DNA of 63,556 bases, the filler included, from Hyphochytrium catenoides (Eukaryota; Protista; Hyphochytriomycota): NCBI GenBank assembly GCA_900088475.1. It is 11 parts of 11 records of this genome, joined end to end, with 100 filler letters (N's around TTAATTAATTAA, not from the genome) between each part and the next. Parts side by side here need not be neighbours in the genome. Positions count along the whole stretch, not along the records: positions 22,185 to 43,587 come from FLMG01002251.1; positions 43,688 to 48,828 come from FLMG01003638.1; positions 48,929 to 50,212 come from FLMG01001781.1; positions 50,313 to 53,105 come from FLMG01001131.1; 7 more parts are not named here. One strand, written 5' to 3'. The translations under genes and the position numbers were made by a program. A model generated the notes under the pieces. It worked only from the letters and a program-made list of their open reading frames with translations. It made no database searches and was not told where the DNA came from. Below, piece after piece: positions 38,604 through 50,330 of this stretch. Each line of letters starts with the position of its first letter. Positions within the stretch are counted from its first letter, which is position 1.

Positions 38604-39939
38604 CCTCTCTCTCTCTATTCCTCTCACTCTCTCTCCTTTTTCCTTTCTCTTTCTCTTCCATCGTTTCCGTTCTTTTCTCACTTCTTTCTCTCTCTATAAT
38701 TACATAGTCAGCTTGGATGAACAGCCTTCCTCCTTCGCCCTTTTTGACGCCTTGTAGCACTCGCACTCATTTGCTGGTTCTTCTGCAGAAGAACCCGGAC
38801 AAAAAAAGCCCAAAAGAGAGAGAGAACGAGAGAGCAAGTGAATGAGCGAAGAATAAGAGGAATCGTCTGCGGGGTAAGCCAATGGCAAGATACCGACATT
38901 GAGTGAGGGACTGGGAGGAGAAGAGAATGAGCGGGAAAGAGAGAAAAATAAAGAGAACGTGAGGGTACACAGAGCTGCTGGTTGTGTCCTTTCTCTTCTT
39001 GCGGTCCGGATCTGAAGGCAGAGCCAGTGCTAGAATGAGGAACAGCAAGAATAGGGCCAGTCCTTTAAGAGAACTAACTGTATGTTGGAACGCGAAGAGA
39101 AAAAAGAAAGAGAGAAGGAAGGAAAGAATAACGAAAGACAGAGCGAAAGAGAAAGAGAGAGAGCCAGAGTGCCAGAGCGACAGAAGGAGAGAGAGTGTGT
39201 GTGTGAGAGAGAGAGGAAGAGAGAGAGGAGAGAAGGAGGAGAACAGAGGAAAGAGAGGGGGTGGAGACAAGAGGGAGAGAGAAAAGAAAAGAGAAGGAGG
39301 AGATTTGAGAAGATTTAGCCTTCATAGTAGAACTAGTAGCTCTTGTCTATTCTTCTTCTCCTATGAGAGAAGACAATGAAAAAGAAAAAGGAAAAACCGA
39401 CTAGTAGCAGCTGGAACGAAAGAACCAGAGAGTTGTCGTTCTTTTCAAGCGAACGGTGAGAAGAGACGCTCACTTTTAAAGGAAGGAAACGGGGATAATG
39501 AGTAGAAGGAAGACAGTCCCGACAGGGAAGCACTAGTTCTACATAGTAAGTTCCTACATGTTCATGAGATAGTCTCTAGAACCAAGAGAGGGACAAACCA
39601 TAAAGTAAGAGACAGTGCAGAATGAGGAGAGGACAGAGGGCCGGAGTAAGGGAACCTTGTAGAACTACCGGACTACGGTCAACCCTGAAGTGCCGAGTGC
39701 CTTTTAACATTTCTAAATAGTTCTATTTTCTATCATCAAAGGCTGCCGGCGCTCACCCGAGTCACAAGTAGGACAAAAAGAGTCTCTTGGGTTGGCAGCC
39801 CTTTCTCACTACTAATAACAGAGTTCGTCGCATCGAGAGGCCTGTCCCTTAGTAGATGATGGTTGGTGGGGATCCGTTACGATGGTAAAAAACAATTGAT
39901 GGGAGAGAGGAACCTGTCGAAGTTGTGAAGAAGGAAGTA

Positions 39940-41121
39940 GTTTGGGAGTCGTTTGGGGGAACTATGCCAGGGCGTCACTGACTGTGTAAGACATCTGGTG
40001 AAGCTTCAGTGTGACCGCTCTGCTCTTGAACATGCTTCTCCGCATCTTGGTCAATGGTCCCGTTTGGCCACGGACTTACGCCTTCACAAAAGAATCTCTA
40101 GTGGCGATTCACGAAGAATATGCGCTTCAGATTTTGAAGCGTATTCCTCTTGTTGAACAATTGGACCGTTCTCTTGCTTGCCTCCCGGCGGCCGAGCTTG
40201 ATGGCGAAGACATTGTGGTTGGTGGTTTATCTCCTTCTTTTTTTATTCCCCTTAATCTCACTGAGGAGATCATTTATGATTCTTCCTTCACTGTTCATGA
40301 GCATGGAGAAGATCAAGCTGAGGCCGTGACCAAGGCGCTATAGCCTTTCTCGTCTCATCTCTTCTTCCTCTTCTTCTTCTCCCTCTTCTTCTGTTTCTCC
40401 TTCTTCTTTCTCTTCTTCTTCTTCTTTTGCTCCTTCTTTGAAAATAAACCTTTAGCAAGAGGAACATAATAGTAAGATAATAGACGGAATAATATCTGGT
40501 GCGATCGATAATCATGGTCAGAGAGCCAGAGTGTTGGGAAGGACAGGATTGGCTCGAGGGCCTGCAGGAGTTGATAACCCTAACCACAATGGAGGATGAG
40601 GGCCCCCGCTCTTATCGACTGCCCGAAGACTGCCGCATGACGCATTTGGGGCAGTCCAGATGGTGGGTGACCTCTCCTGAGAAACGCCTTGGGGCTACAC
40701 TTTGTGCCGCTCGTCTGGGAGTCTTTTGGTGGTGCTATGCCGCATGTCCTGGACTGTGTGCAACAACTGATCAAGCTTCAGTGTGATCGTGCGGCTCTTT
40801 GAGGCTGCCCGTCCTCTTGGCCATTGGTCTCGGTTGGCAAAGGTTCTGACTCTCCATAGCAGAATCTCTTTCGCCATCATGAAGAGAAATAAGCGTATTG
40901 CTGTTCAGCAGCTGTAGCCCGCTCTAGGCTGCATGATTGAGCGCGATAATGATGATGGTCTCCGAGCCACGCCTCTTCTTTCTTCTTCTTCTCCTCCGTC
41001 TCCTATCATTATTGCATAAGTGTTCAACTATGATTCTTCTTCGTTTTCTGCCATTGATGGCGAGGGTGGCGCAGGTGAACGTGTTGAAAAGTCCAGGGCT
41101 TTGTAGCTCTCGTCTCCTCTT
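39940..41121 (+). pseudogene. Two tandem degraded copies of an unknown coding repeat family (other copies ~34860-35103 + and ~36815-37085 -)
   Basis: Shared translated motifs DCV..L.KLQCDR.AL, RI..QLD..LAC and YDSSF....GG.ER.E.S..L*; frameshifts and stops. Confidence 0.6.
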
Positions 41122-42093
41122 CAGTTTTCTTCTTCTTCTCCTCATTCTTCTCCTCCTCCTCCCCCTTCTTCTCCTCCTCCCCCTCCTTCTCCTCCTCCTC
41201 CTCCTTCTTCTTCTTCTTCCTATTGCTTATAAACAACACGACCACCAAAACTTCTATGGTCTCCTGGTCTTTGCTCCTTCTCTTTCCGAGAGCAGTTCTC
41301 CCCTGGTCCCGTCCCGCTCGTGGGGGTCACAAAGTCGCAGGTCCAGGAACGCCAGTCTGTCCAAACTGCTCCCAGAGCGCCCCTCCCGGTGGCAAGCTGG
41401 TGATTACTGGGTTCTTTAGGACGAGGCACAGGCCTCCTGTCCTCCGTCGTCTCTGTCTTCTCGCCACCAACATGTTACGTTCCCGGTCTTTACCTCGGAC
41501 TCTCCTCTACTGGCTAACGTCCGGCGGGCGTCCAAGCTGGCTGAAGGCGGCTTGTTGGCCAAAGCTGTGGCTGCCCTGGTGTTTGAGGGCATTGCTACTC
41601 CCTCGGAGGAAACTCTGGCGATTCTCAACAAGAGGAAGTCCCCCGAAGGTGCTGTCCTTCCTCGTCCTGCCCCGCTTTCCTCCGCCTGTCTTCTCACCAC
41701 CTTTTCAGGAACATGGTGCTTTTTCTCCGCCTTCTGTCTCTGCCAAGATCCTACCTTTCCTCCCCGTTCAGCTGCTGGCCCCTCTCAGCTCAACTCCGGC
41801 CCCAGCACCTCATCAAAGACCTCTGCCTCCTCACACCTTGTCCGTCTCTCCGCCTGGCCCTATGTCTTTCTCTCTCCACTCTAATATCGCTCCTGGCCCA
41901 AGGGAACTCCCTGTTCAGACCGTGTCTGGCAAAGAGACGGTGGCGAAGAACCAATCTACCATTTTCAACCACTCACCTTTGCACAGAAAACAAGTTTCTC
42001 TCCTTTCGCTTGATGAAGAAAGTCTGAGCGGGGCCCACGGGAAAGTAAGATGAACCAGGGAACGGGGAAAGAGAAAGAGAGAGGAAGAGAAAG

Positions 42094-42127
<34 letters not shown>

Positions 42128-42599
42128 GGTGATGAAGGATCTAAAATGACAAGAAGGATGAAGAGAGAGAAGAGAAAGGGGTAAGGAAGGATCATAGAAG
42201 GCTAAGAAGGCGATACGAAGAGACGACGGAAAGGATGATGATGAGTGTGGGAGAAGGAGATTAGAGATATGTGGAGGTGAGGAGAATAACGAGAAAGAGC
42301 CACAGGCAAAGTAAAAGGAAGAAGAGAGGGAAGAACGAAGACAGCTGTGTATACCCTCGATAAGGGTGTACCTCTTTCCTCAAGTACTGTACGACGAGAA
42401 AAAACGTCTTGTCATGCTTGAACCGTCTCTTGTTCAGACAGCATTTTCCTCTCTAAAAGTCTGAGGAGAGCGGGGAGGAAGGGCAATCTCTCTATTTCTT
42501 TGTCCCTGTTTCTCTCTTCTTCTTTGCACCTCCAAATAATGCTGCGTGGTGCTTTTCTGTCCTTCCTCCAAACCCTAAACTTATTACTAGACACGGGCA

Positions 42600-43440
42600 T
42601 TCCAATCCCTGCAGTAAGTCGGAGACAGCCAAACACGCGGTGCTACTCTCCCTCAAGGAAGTGGTAAAACATCGTGGTATCCCACAAGTCATCAACTCAG
42701 ACAGCGACAGCAAGTTCACGAGTGCATTCTGGACCGAGCTTCAGAAACGGTTAGGCACCTCTCCAGCCATGTCTACGTCAGACAGACCGCAAACTGAACT
42801 GAGGGTCAGACGGAGATCGTGAATAAGGCAATGCTGATTGCCTTACACTGCTATGTGGACTACAAGATGACGAACTGCTGGGAACGCGACCTGCACGTAA
42901 TAGAGGTTGTGCATAATCGTCGGAAGCACGCCGCTACTGCCTTCGCTTCTTTCTATTTGGCCTATGGATACTTAGCAGTGATACCTCTGCTGGCGGCATT
43001 CGCTGCAATCACAGCAACTCTCGGCAACAGGTAGAGAAGAATGGTTTTCCCCCCGGCGTCGTAGCAGAGACGCTAGAGAACATCAGGACTACATTTTGCT
43101 TCTCGGACGCCCCCAACTCCAACGCGGTAGTGGAACCAGCCACCCAAGCTCTAGTGTATGATGCCGAAGAAGAGCTGCTGCTGAACATACCTCTCACTAG
43201 GACTGGCGAGGAATACTTGGCTAGATGGAAAGGCTTCAATCTGGCAGAGGTTCTTGGGTTCCAGAATAGAGATGTAGGGACAGCACTGACAGATGGCTTC
43301 ACCCGGGGTTAAAGACCAACACATCTACCACTACTCAGTTACTTCAACGAGAGCTAAACGCGGCACCAGACGTAGAAATTAAACAACAGTCCTAACGCTG
43401 GTTACGCTTGCCTAGCCAAGATTCTAAAGGGGAAGGGTTT
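42600..43440 (+). mobile_element. Ty3/Gypsy (chromovirus-type) integrase + chromodomain remnant with PPT (43426-43437)
   Basis: HRGIPQVINSDSDSKFTSAFW, MSTSDRPQT..GQTEIVNK, WERDLHVIEVVHN, EEYLARWKGF; frameshifted. Confidence 0.85.
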
Positions 43441-43944
43441 TAGATGTGCACCTCCTCAGCTACTGATCAACCACCTGATCCTCCGCTGAATGAGGATCGG
43501 CCGGTGTATGCAATGCTTGCTGCCTCTCCTAGAAGCCTCTTGTTATATGTATATCTCCTCAGACGGCTGCTAACCACCGGGTTGCGCNNNNNNNNNNNNN
43601 NNNNNNNNNNNNNNNNNNNNNNNNNNNNNNNTTAATTAATTAANNNNNNNNNNNNNNNNNNNNNNNNNNNNNNNNNNNNNNNNNNNNTAAATGCTGCGCT
43701 TGAGCTTACAAACCAGATGTTCCTGTCCTGGTGGTTGAGCGAATCCCGGGGGTTGACGCATGTATATGGTCTCGTCAAGATCGCCATGGAGAAAGGCAGT
43801 TCGAATATCCAGATGATGAATCTCAAAGTCATACATCGCTGCTAAAGAGAGGATACATCGGACGGACTGTTAGATTTTAATCATTGGATGGTGAGCATTT
43901 TGAATTAATATTGGGGGGTGTCTGGATATACAAGAGAAAAGTGT

Positions 43945-44025
43945 TGTACGCTCCGGGATTTGAACCCAGGACCTCTGTCTTTGATGCGGACACCCTAACC
44001 AGTATGCACCATACACCAAACGTAC
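43945..44025 (-). ncRNA. tRNA-like sequence in TRIM 3' LTR
   Basis: Acceptor stem GTACGTT/AGCGTAC + discriminator A; A-box-like TGGTGCATACTGG; T-arm CTGGG-TTCAAAT-CCCGG; TATATAA ~30 nt upstream; irregular anticodon arm. Confidence 0.75.
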
Positions 44026-44328
44026 TCTTGACTAATCTCCGTTTTTGTTTTTTATATACCAGGGATTTTTCCCTCTGCGTCGTCCGGTGTACAATTTTTT
44101 GGTTTCAGCGTCGATCACAGTTCAACACTCCCCCCGAATCTAGAGAACCTGTAAGCTCTAGATTCAAATGGAACTGTGATGGTCATCCGTGGTCACAGAA
44201 CCGAATGGCTCACTATATTGCCCGAGTTAAATCGCTCGGAGCGTACACCATGGATGATTTTAATCATTGGATGGTGAGCACTTTGAATTAATATTGGGGG
44301 GTGTCTGGATATTTCCAGAGAGAAGTTT

Positions 44329-44408
44329 TGTACGCTCCGGGATTTGACCCAGGACCTCTGTCTTTGATGCCGACACCCTAACCAGTATGCACCATACACC
44401 AAACGTAC
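44329..44408 (-). ncRNA. tRNA-like sequence in TRIM 5' LTR (1-nt deletion in B box)
   Basis: Same sequence as 43945-44025, with GGGTCAAATCCCGG. Confidence 0.65.
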
Positions 44409-44961
44409 TCTTGACTAATCTCCGTTTTTGTTTATATACCAGGGATTTTTTCCTCTGCGTCGTCCGCTGTACAATTTTTTGGTTTCAGCGTCGATCACAG
44501 TTCAACAAGGACTCATAGCTGACCACTGGAGCGAAGACCTCGTTGTAATCGATCCCCTGTTTCTGACCAACTGGGTATTTGTCAGACCCCAGTTGTAGTC
44601 GGTGATTTAACTGTAAATTTGACAATTGGGGGCGATTTGTGATCAGCATTTATAACGTTTCCACAACCACCACGGATTTCATTCTGATAAGGGATAAATG
44701 TTGGTCCACCGTACTGTATTCTGGAATGCCCCAATTATAAAGGGTCGAAACCGTACAAATTTCCCTCAGTACATTTGTTAGAAAGTCGACCTTCACAATT
44801 GTGATCACAAATTCCCCCCCCCTTGGGTGTCGATTTGTAACAAGAACTCAGTTTGGCCGACTTTTAAATGCCCGGTATTAGGTAAGTCATCATGTGACTT
44901 CAAGAAGTAGTAACTGAGTCTGGTAGTTTATATGAGTTTATCTGCAGAACTAGACAACATG

Positions 44962-45851
44962 ATTGGCGAGCCCGAAGGGGGGCGAAGCTTTTTTGTTTAG
45001 GTTTTTGCGTCAGGCGGTGCAGAATCTTTTCCCGATTTGTTCGTCCGCGTCTGTCTGTCTGTCTGTCTGTCTGTCTTTCTGTCTGTGTATCTGTCTGTCT
45101 GTCTGTTCACAGGTAGTAAATCGTACCCCCGGACCAGCACAATTCTGAGGTTGACGTTAATTCATGATTTGTTTCCGATCACCATTTAGATAAGCTTTCT
45201 TGGTTCGAATACATGTAAGTGCTTACGTAAATAGGAACATGAAAGGGGGGGAAAAGAAGCCAAAAGGACTTTGAAAACAAATGCAGACGTCGTTAATTCT
45301 GTGATTGGTCAGTTTTTGTAATCGCCAAATAATCAATTCATCGAAAGCTTATTGTTCGTCTTTGGGTTCATTAATTCATTCCCAAAACAAGCCAAAGGGT
45401 GTATCTGTTGCACGAAAGGGGGCAGGTTTCGGTACTGTATCTAGTCCAATCGTACGCTAGTTCTTTGTGACGCTGTACTCTGTAGTCGTTGTTCCGCTTT
45501 TCCCTATTCCCCATAATACTATACTGAGGAACCAAATCCACTCCAACTCCTCCCTGTTGTAGTTGTGTTTATATAGCTGTTATTAGACCTACCGGCTATT
45601 GTTATACAAATATACCCGGTTACTATTCCAAATAACAAACACATATACTCGGTTATTATTCATCAAATCTCAATTTGCTGCGAATCATAGTCTCTAAAAG
45701 AGGCTCCAATCTAATAAATAACGGAGTACTGTAGTCCAATCCTGCTTGAGCAAGTAAAGTACAGTGTACTCGTACAAATAATCCTGCCGGTCAAGGCTGG
45801 ATTACACCTTTCTATAAAAGGGCGAGCCCTCAGGCTTGCCTGCTGTATATT
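44962..45851 (+). mobile_element. Possible non-autonomous Helentron/DINE-1-like element
   Basis: 5' ggcgagcccgaagg motif then (GTCT)n at ~45048-45105; AT-rich body; 3' hairpin ggcgagcc-ctca-ggcttgcc at 45821-45840. Confidence 0.35.
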
Positions 45852-46474
45852 GATAATTAGGAAACAGGGTCCCATAAGCCCTCATACTCACTCTGAGTAT
45901 AACAGTAGACCACGTAACCTAAATAAGAGTGTCTTCAAATCCCATACACTATAGCAGCTTATGGGCCCACGCTTTCTCCAGGACTTCAGCGAGCTCTCTG
46001 GACCAACCAAACCAAGAACAAGAACAAGACTACCCCCTGTAGTAACCAACTCTCCTCCAGGATCAAGACCAAGACCACCCTTGGAGTATCCAACTCTCCT
46101 TCAAAATCGGAAACCGAAGACCATTGCCGTTACCATCTCCAGCTGTGAATTCACACTCAGCGAGTGAATTTACCAGCTTTGGGTCAATTATCGCCAACTT
46201 CCGTCAATTACCCCGATATTTGACAGGATATTTGACAGAAAGGAGACACCGGAAATGGAAGACGCAAGTCTTGTCCCCATTGCAATGGACGGACCCATCG
46301 TGCAGAACTCTGTTGGGAATTGGAGGCCAATGCTCACCGTCGTCCGGCGGGTTGGAAATCGCGCACTTAGGGTAAAGATAGTAAGCCAGTTGCAAAGCCT
46401 GCAGCTGCATTTGCGGCCTTTATTAATGCCCTTGACGCAAATCAGCGCGATGAGCTAATCAACTCTCTTGGAAT

Positions 46475-46727
46475 TGTTGAACTGTGATCGACGCTGAAAC
46501 CAAAAAGTGTACAGCGGACGACGCAGAGGGGAAAATTCTGGTATATAAACAAAAACGGAGATTAGTCAAGAGTACGTTTGGTGTATGGTGCATACTGGTT
46601 AGGGTGTCGGCATCAAAGGCAGAGGTCCTGGGTTCAAATCCCGAAGCGTACAAAACTCTTCTCCGGTATATCCAGACACCCCCAATATTAATTCAAAGTG
46701 CTCACCATCCAATGATAAAATCTAACA
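46475..46727 (+). mobile_element. Solo LTR of the tRNA-carrying TRIM
   Basis: TGTTGAAC...TCTAACA, homologous to the reverse complement of 43868-44127; perfect TSD ggaat at 46470-46474 and 46728-46732. Confidence 0.93.
46572..46652 (+). ncRNA. tRNA-like sequence in solo LTR
   Basis: GTACGTTTGGTGTATGGTGCATACTGGTTAGGGTGTCGGCATCAAAGGCAGAGGTCCTGGGTTCAAATCCCGAAGCGTACA. Confidence 0.7.
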
Positions 46728-49700
46728 GGAATTGTTGCTTATACCAAGTCTCCTCCTTGTGCCGACGAAAACGAAAAGACCCCCTTCCAAAATCACAAGC
46801 AAGAGTGGCTTTCACAGAGAGCAACAACGCAGTACGGTGGATCATTGATAGCGGTGCCACAGATCATATCACCGGCAACCGGCAGCTTTTTCCAGGACTA
46901 CAAAGTCATAGATCCAATACCTCTACTCTCAGCCGATAACAGAAGCGTCAAGGCCATCGGACAAGGATCAGTCAAGCTCTCTCTCACATCACCGACAAAG
47001 CGGACAGCCACTGTATCTCTTCAAAACTTCCTACATGCTCCTGGATTCACCAAAGATCTACTCTCAATCAGCAAGGAGCTTGATAAAGGTTACCACGTAC
47101 TTTTTACCCAAGATGGACAGGTCTATTATCTACCGCCTAAACCTCTATCTCAGCTGCTTTCTGTTGCACCAACCAGTACCCTTGGCGAACGCATTGGGAA
47201 TCTCTTTTACGTGACGGGCTCTACCTTATTAACGGACTGTACTCCATCAAGCAGTTCTCCCAGTGCCTACACCACTTATCCGATACTGAGACAATAGACC
47301 CTTCTGCTTCCGCTATCAGCCCCCAATCAGTCACCATCTGGCATCGCAGATTGGAACATCTAAACATGTACGGAAATTGGCAACGGTTTTTTCAGGCATG
47401 AAGATCACCAGCGACACAACGTCTCTCTGTTCGGGTTGTGTCTTGGGGAAACTGACCCGACGTAAGTTTCCTAAACAATCACACCGTAAAACACAACGTC
47501 CCCTTCAACTCGTCCACTCCGACGTTGACATTGTCAATACACTTAGCCTTGGCGGTCATCGTTACTATGTGGTTTTCGTCGATGACTATACTCGTCGAGT
47601 TTTCCTGTATCTCATGAAGAATAAGATTGAGGTCATCACTCACCTCGACACCTTCATCAAGATGGCTGAGCGGCAAACAGGACTTAAAGTTCAACGTATT
47701 CGGAGCGACCGAGGTGGCGAATACTGCTCCGAGGCTATGAAGGAGTATTGCAAGACACGTGGCATTCTACATGAGCTTACAGCTCCATACAGTCCAGCGC
47801 AGAACGGAGTTGCCGAGCGACGCCAGAGGACTCTTATGGAGTCTGCCCGGCGCATGCTACATGCTGCCAAGCTACCGCCCTCCTTTTGGAGTGAAGCTTT
47901 GTTAACGGCTGCAAATGTAGGTAATCTCTCCTCAACAAGCGCCTTACATGGAGCAACTCCCTATGAAAAATGGTTCAATGCCAAACCGGACGTTAGTCAT
48001 CTCCGTGTCTTTGGATGTCTTGGCTATGCACTCGTACCGGACTCGAAAAGGCAGAAATTGGACCCCAAGTCAAAGCCTTACATATTCGTTGGGTACTCAG
48101 ACAACTCAGAGGCATATCGACTTTATGACAGAGAGAGTGGTACCATCATTGAGCGTAGCGATGTTGTGTTCGCTGAAGGGGAATTTGGTTCGCTACTTCA
48201 AACTTCGCCTCAGCTGCGTGACTCTGTACTCCATCTCTTAGATGTACTTAGCGAGGAAGACAGCTCCCTCCCCAACAATCCGACTCGTGAAGGGGATTCT
48301 GATCAACATATGTCCATCCAAGGGCCCCAACGAATACCTCGCCAAACAACCCGATACTGCTTCCCGCCGCTTGCCAACCCCTGAACCAGCAGCCACAGTA
48401 TGCGATACCGACATTTCAGCTTCGATAGCTCCGTGTTCACCTCCCGATGACCGTTGCGAAAACCTGCGCGTTTGCCCAGACAGTCTACAACAACCCCTTG
48501 TCCAAACCCCAGCACGAGCAACTGATTCCCCACAACAAGTACCTCCCTCCCGCATTCCGCTTTTCAAACGCCGACTTCAACAAGAAGACTCTATTTTCTC
48601 CATGGCTAATCACCTTGGCAACTCCTTATCACCCAATGAACCCCGAACGATAGAGGAGGCTCTTTCTGGACCGGATGCGTCCGAGTGGAACGCCGCTATC
48701 CTCAGTGAAATGGCATCTATGGAGCAACACGACGTTTGGGAACTCGTTGAACGTCCTCCGAGGGAAGCGTCATTGGGTGTAATTGGGTGTTTCGCGTAAA
48801 ATATGGAAGTGATGGCACCATCGATCGCNNNNNNNNNNNNNNNNNNNNNNNNNNNNNNNNNNNNNNNNNNNNTTAATTAATTAANNNNNNNNNNNNNNNN
48901 NNNNNNNNNNNNNNNNNNNNNNNNNNNNAGAGAGAGAAGAGAGAGAAGAGAGGTGGTGCAGAGAGAGAGAGAAAAAGAAGCTTCACAAGCAGCTACAGCT
49001 CCAGGGGAAGCTCTGGGGTCCCAGCAAAAAGACACACAACAGTAGCAGCTAAAAGAAATGGGAAAGAAAGACAGACCACTGGTGAGATGTACAAATTGTA
49101 GCGTACTCACTAAAGGTTGATTAAGACAGAGCGTCTGTTAGATATGCGGGTGGGGGTGTGAAGAAGGGCTGCAGTGACGAGGAGACAGAAAAACTCTCAG
49201 AACAAAAATTGCCCGTCCAGCTTTTTGGACGATCCCAAGCACCTCAGAAGAGAGAGCTCTCTCTCTCTCTCTCTCTCGCTACGTCTCTCTCTCTCTCTCT
49301 CTCCCCGTCTCCCTCTCTCTGGCTGGGTTGTCTGTTTCACTCTCTTTCTCTCTCTCTCTGTACATCAGCCGCTGCAGCTGACCTGCATTATTGAAGAAGT
49401 GAACTCGTCATCTTGCGGTAGTTCTGCAGGTCTCTCTTCTCGCTCTCTCTCTCTCATTCTGCCTCTCTCTCTCTCTGCCTCTTTATCTTCCTCTCCTCCC
49501 TCCTCTCTTGCAGCTCTCTCAGCTGCTCTCTCCCACAGATCTAGAACATCTCAATAGAGGAAATGTAATCCCATCAGTCACAATAATCGCACCGGAACCC
49601 TTCTCCTCTCTCGCTCCCTTCCCATGTCTCTGTCTCCCTCTGTCTCTCCGCCACGCCGCTTTGGTCTCCTCCTCTGCTGCGTCACTATGTCACAGTCATA

Positions 49701-49768
49701 AGGCTGGCTCATCATCATTATCTCTCTCTCTCTCTCTTTCTCTTCTCTCTCTCTCTCTCTTTCTCCTA

Positions 49769-49808
<40 letters not shown>

Positions 49809-50330
49809 TTATCTTTCTCTCTAGTCCGCCGCTGTGCCACTCACATCTGGGTCTGCTTGGCGGAAGAAAGCTTCGCCTCTTCATCTGCAATCTTTTTCCT
49901 GCCTGACCTTTGACAGAGGACCTGCAAACTCTCTCTCTTCCTGATCGTCTCTCTTCTCCGCCAGTGCCTTTAGATTGACTTCTCAGTCACCTCTTCCGCT
50001 CTTCTTTCGCTCGCGCCTCTCTCTCTCTCTCTCTCTCTCTCCTCTCTTTCTCTTCTCTCGATTCTTGGTAGTCTCTGGTCTCATGAGCGGATCACTTACT
50101 CTCTCTTTCTGTCTCTCTCGCTACGTCTGTGCTCATTAGTCCTCCTATTCTCTCTTTTTAGAAGGGAAAACCGACGTCTCCCTTCGGAGATAGTCTCTCT
50201 CTCTCTCTCTCTNNNNNNNNNNNNNNNNNNNNNNNNNNNNNNNNNNNNNNNNNNNNTTAATTAATTAANNNNNNNNNNNNNNNNNNNNNNNNNNNNNNNN
50301 NNNNNNNNNNNNAGTATACTACAAGAGTAT

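Larger units (their letters stand above)
43868..44507 (-). mobile_element. TRIM (non-autonomous LTR retrotransposon, 640 bp): 5' LTR 44251-44507, PBS 44237-44250, PPT 44128-44135, 3' LTR 43868-44127; tRNA-like sequence in each LTR
   Basis: Two ~260-bp direct repeats with TG...CA termini; 123-bp internal region; 5-bp TSD cggac (43863-43867) / aggac (44508-44512). Confidence 0.93.
43687..44570 (-). mobile_element. Ty1/Copia RT fragment interrupted by the TRIM
   Basis: GIDYNEVFAPVVSYES|VRCILSLAAMYDFEIHHLDIRTAFLHGDLDETIYMRQPPGF reads through once 43868-44512 is removed. Confidence 0.9.
46240..48828 (+). mobile_element. Degraded Ty1/Copia: gag Zn knuckle, protease, integrase, start of RT; interrupted by a TRIM solo LTR
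   Basis: CPHCNGRTHRAELCW; WIIDSGATDH; LVHSDV..FVDDYTR..IRSDRGGEY..PYSPAQNGVAER; SH3-like KLDPKSK..FVGY; EPRTIEEALSG. Confidence 0.92.

Noticed and set aside
43945-44025. Functional decoding tRNA (Pro-AGG with insert, or Leu-CAA)
   Set aside because: The anticodon stem is mispaired in either register, the D-arm carries a 7-nt near-duplication, and all three copies are inside LTRs; annotated as tRNA-like only.
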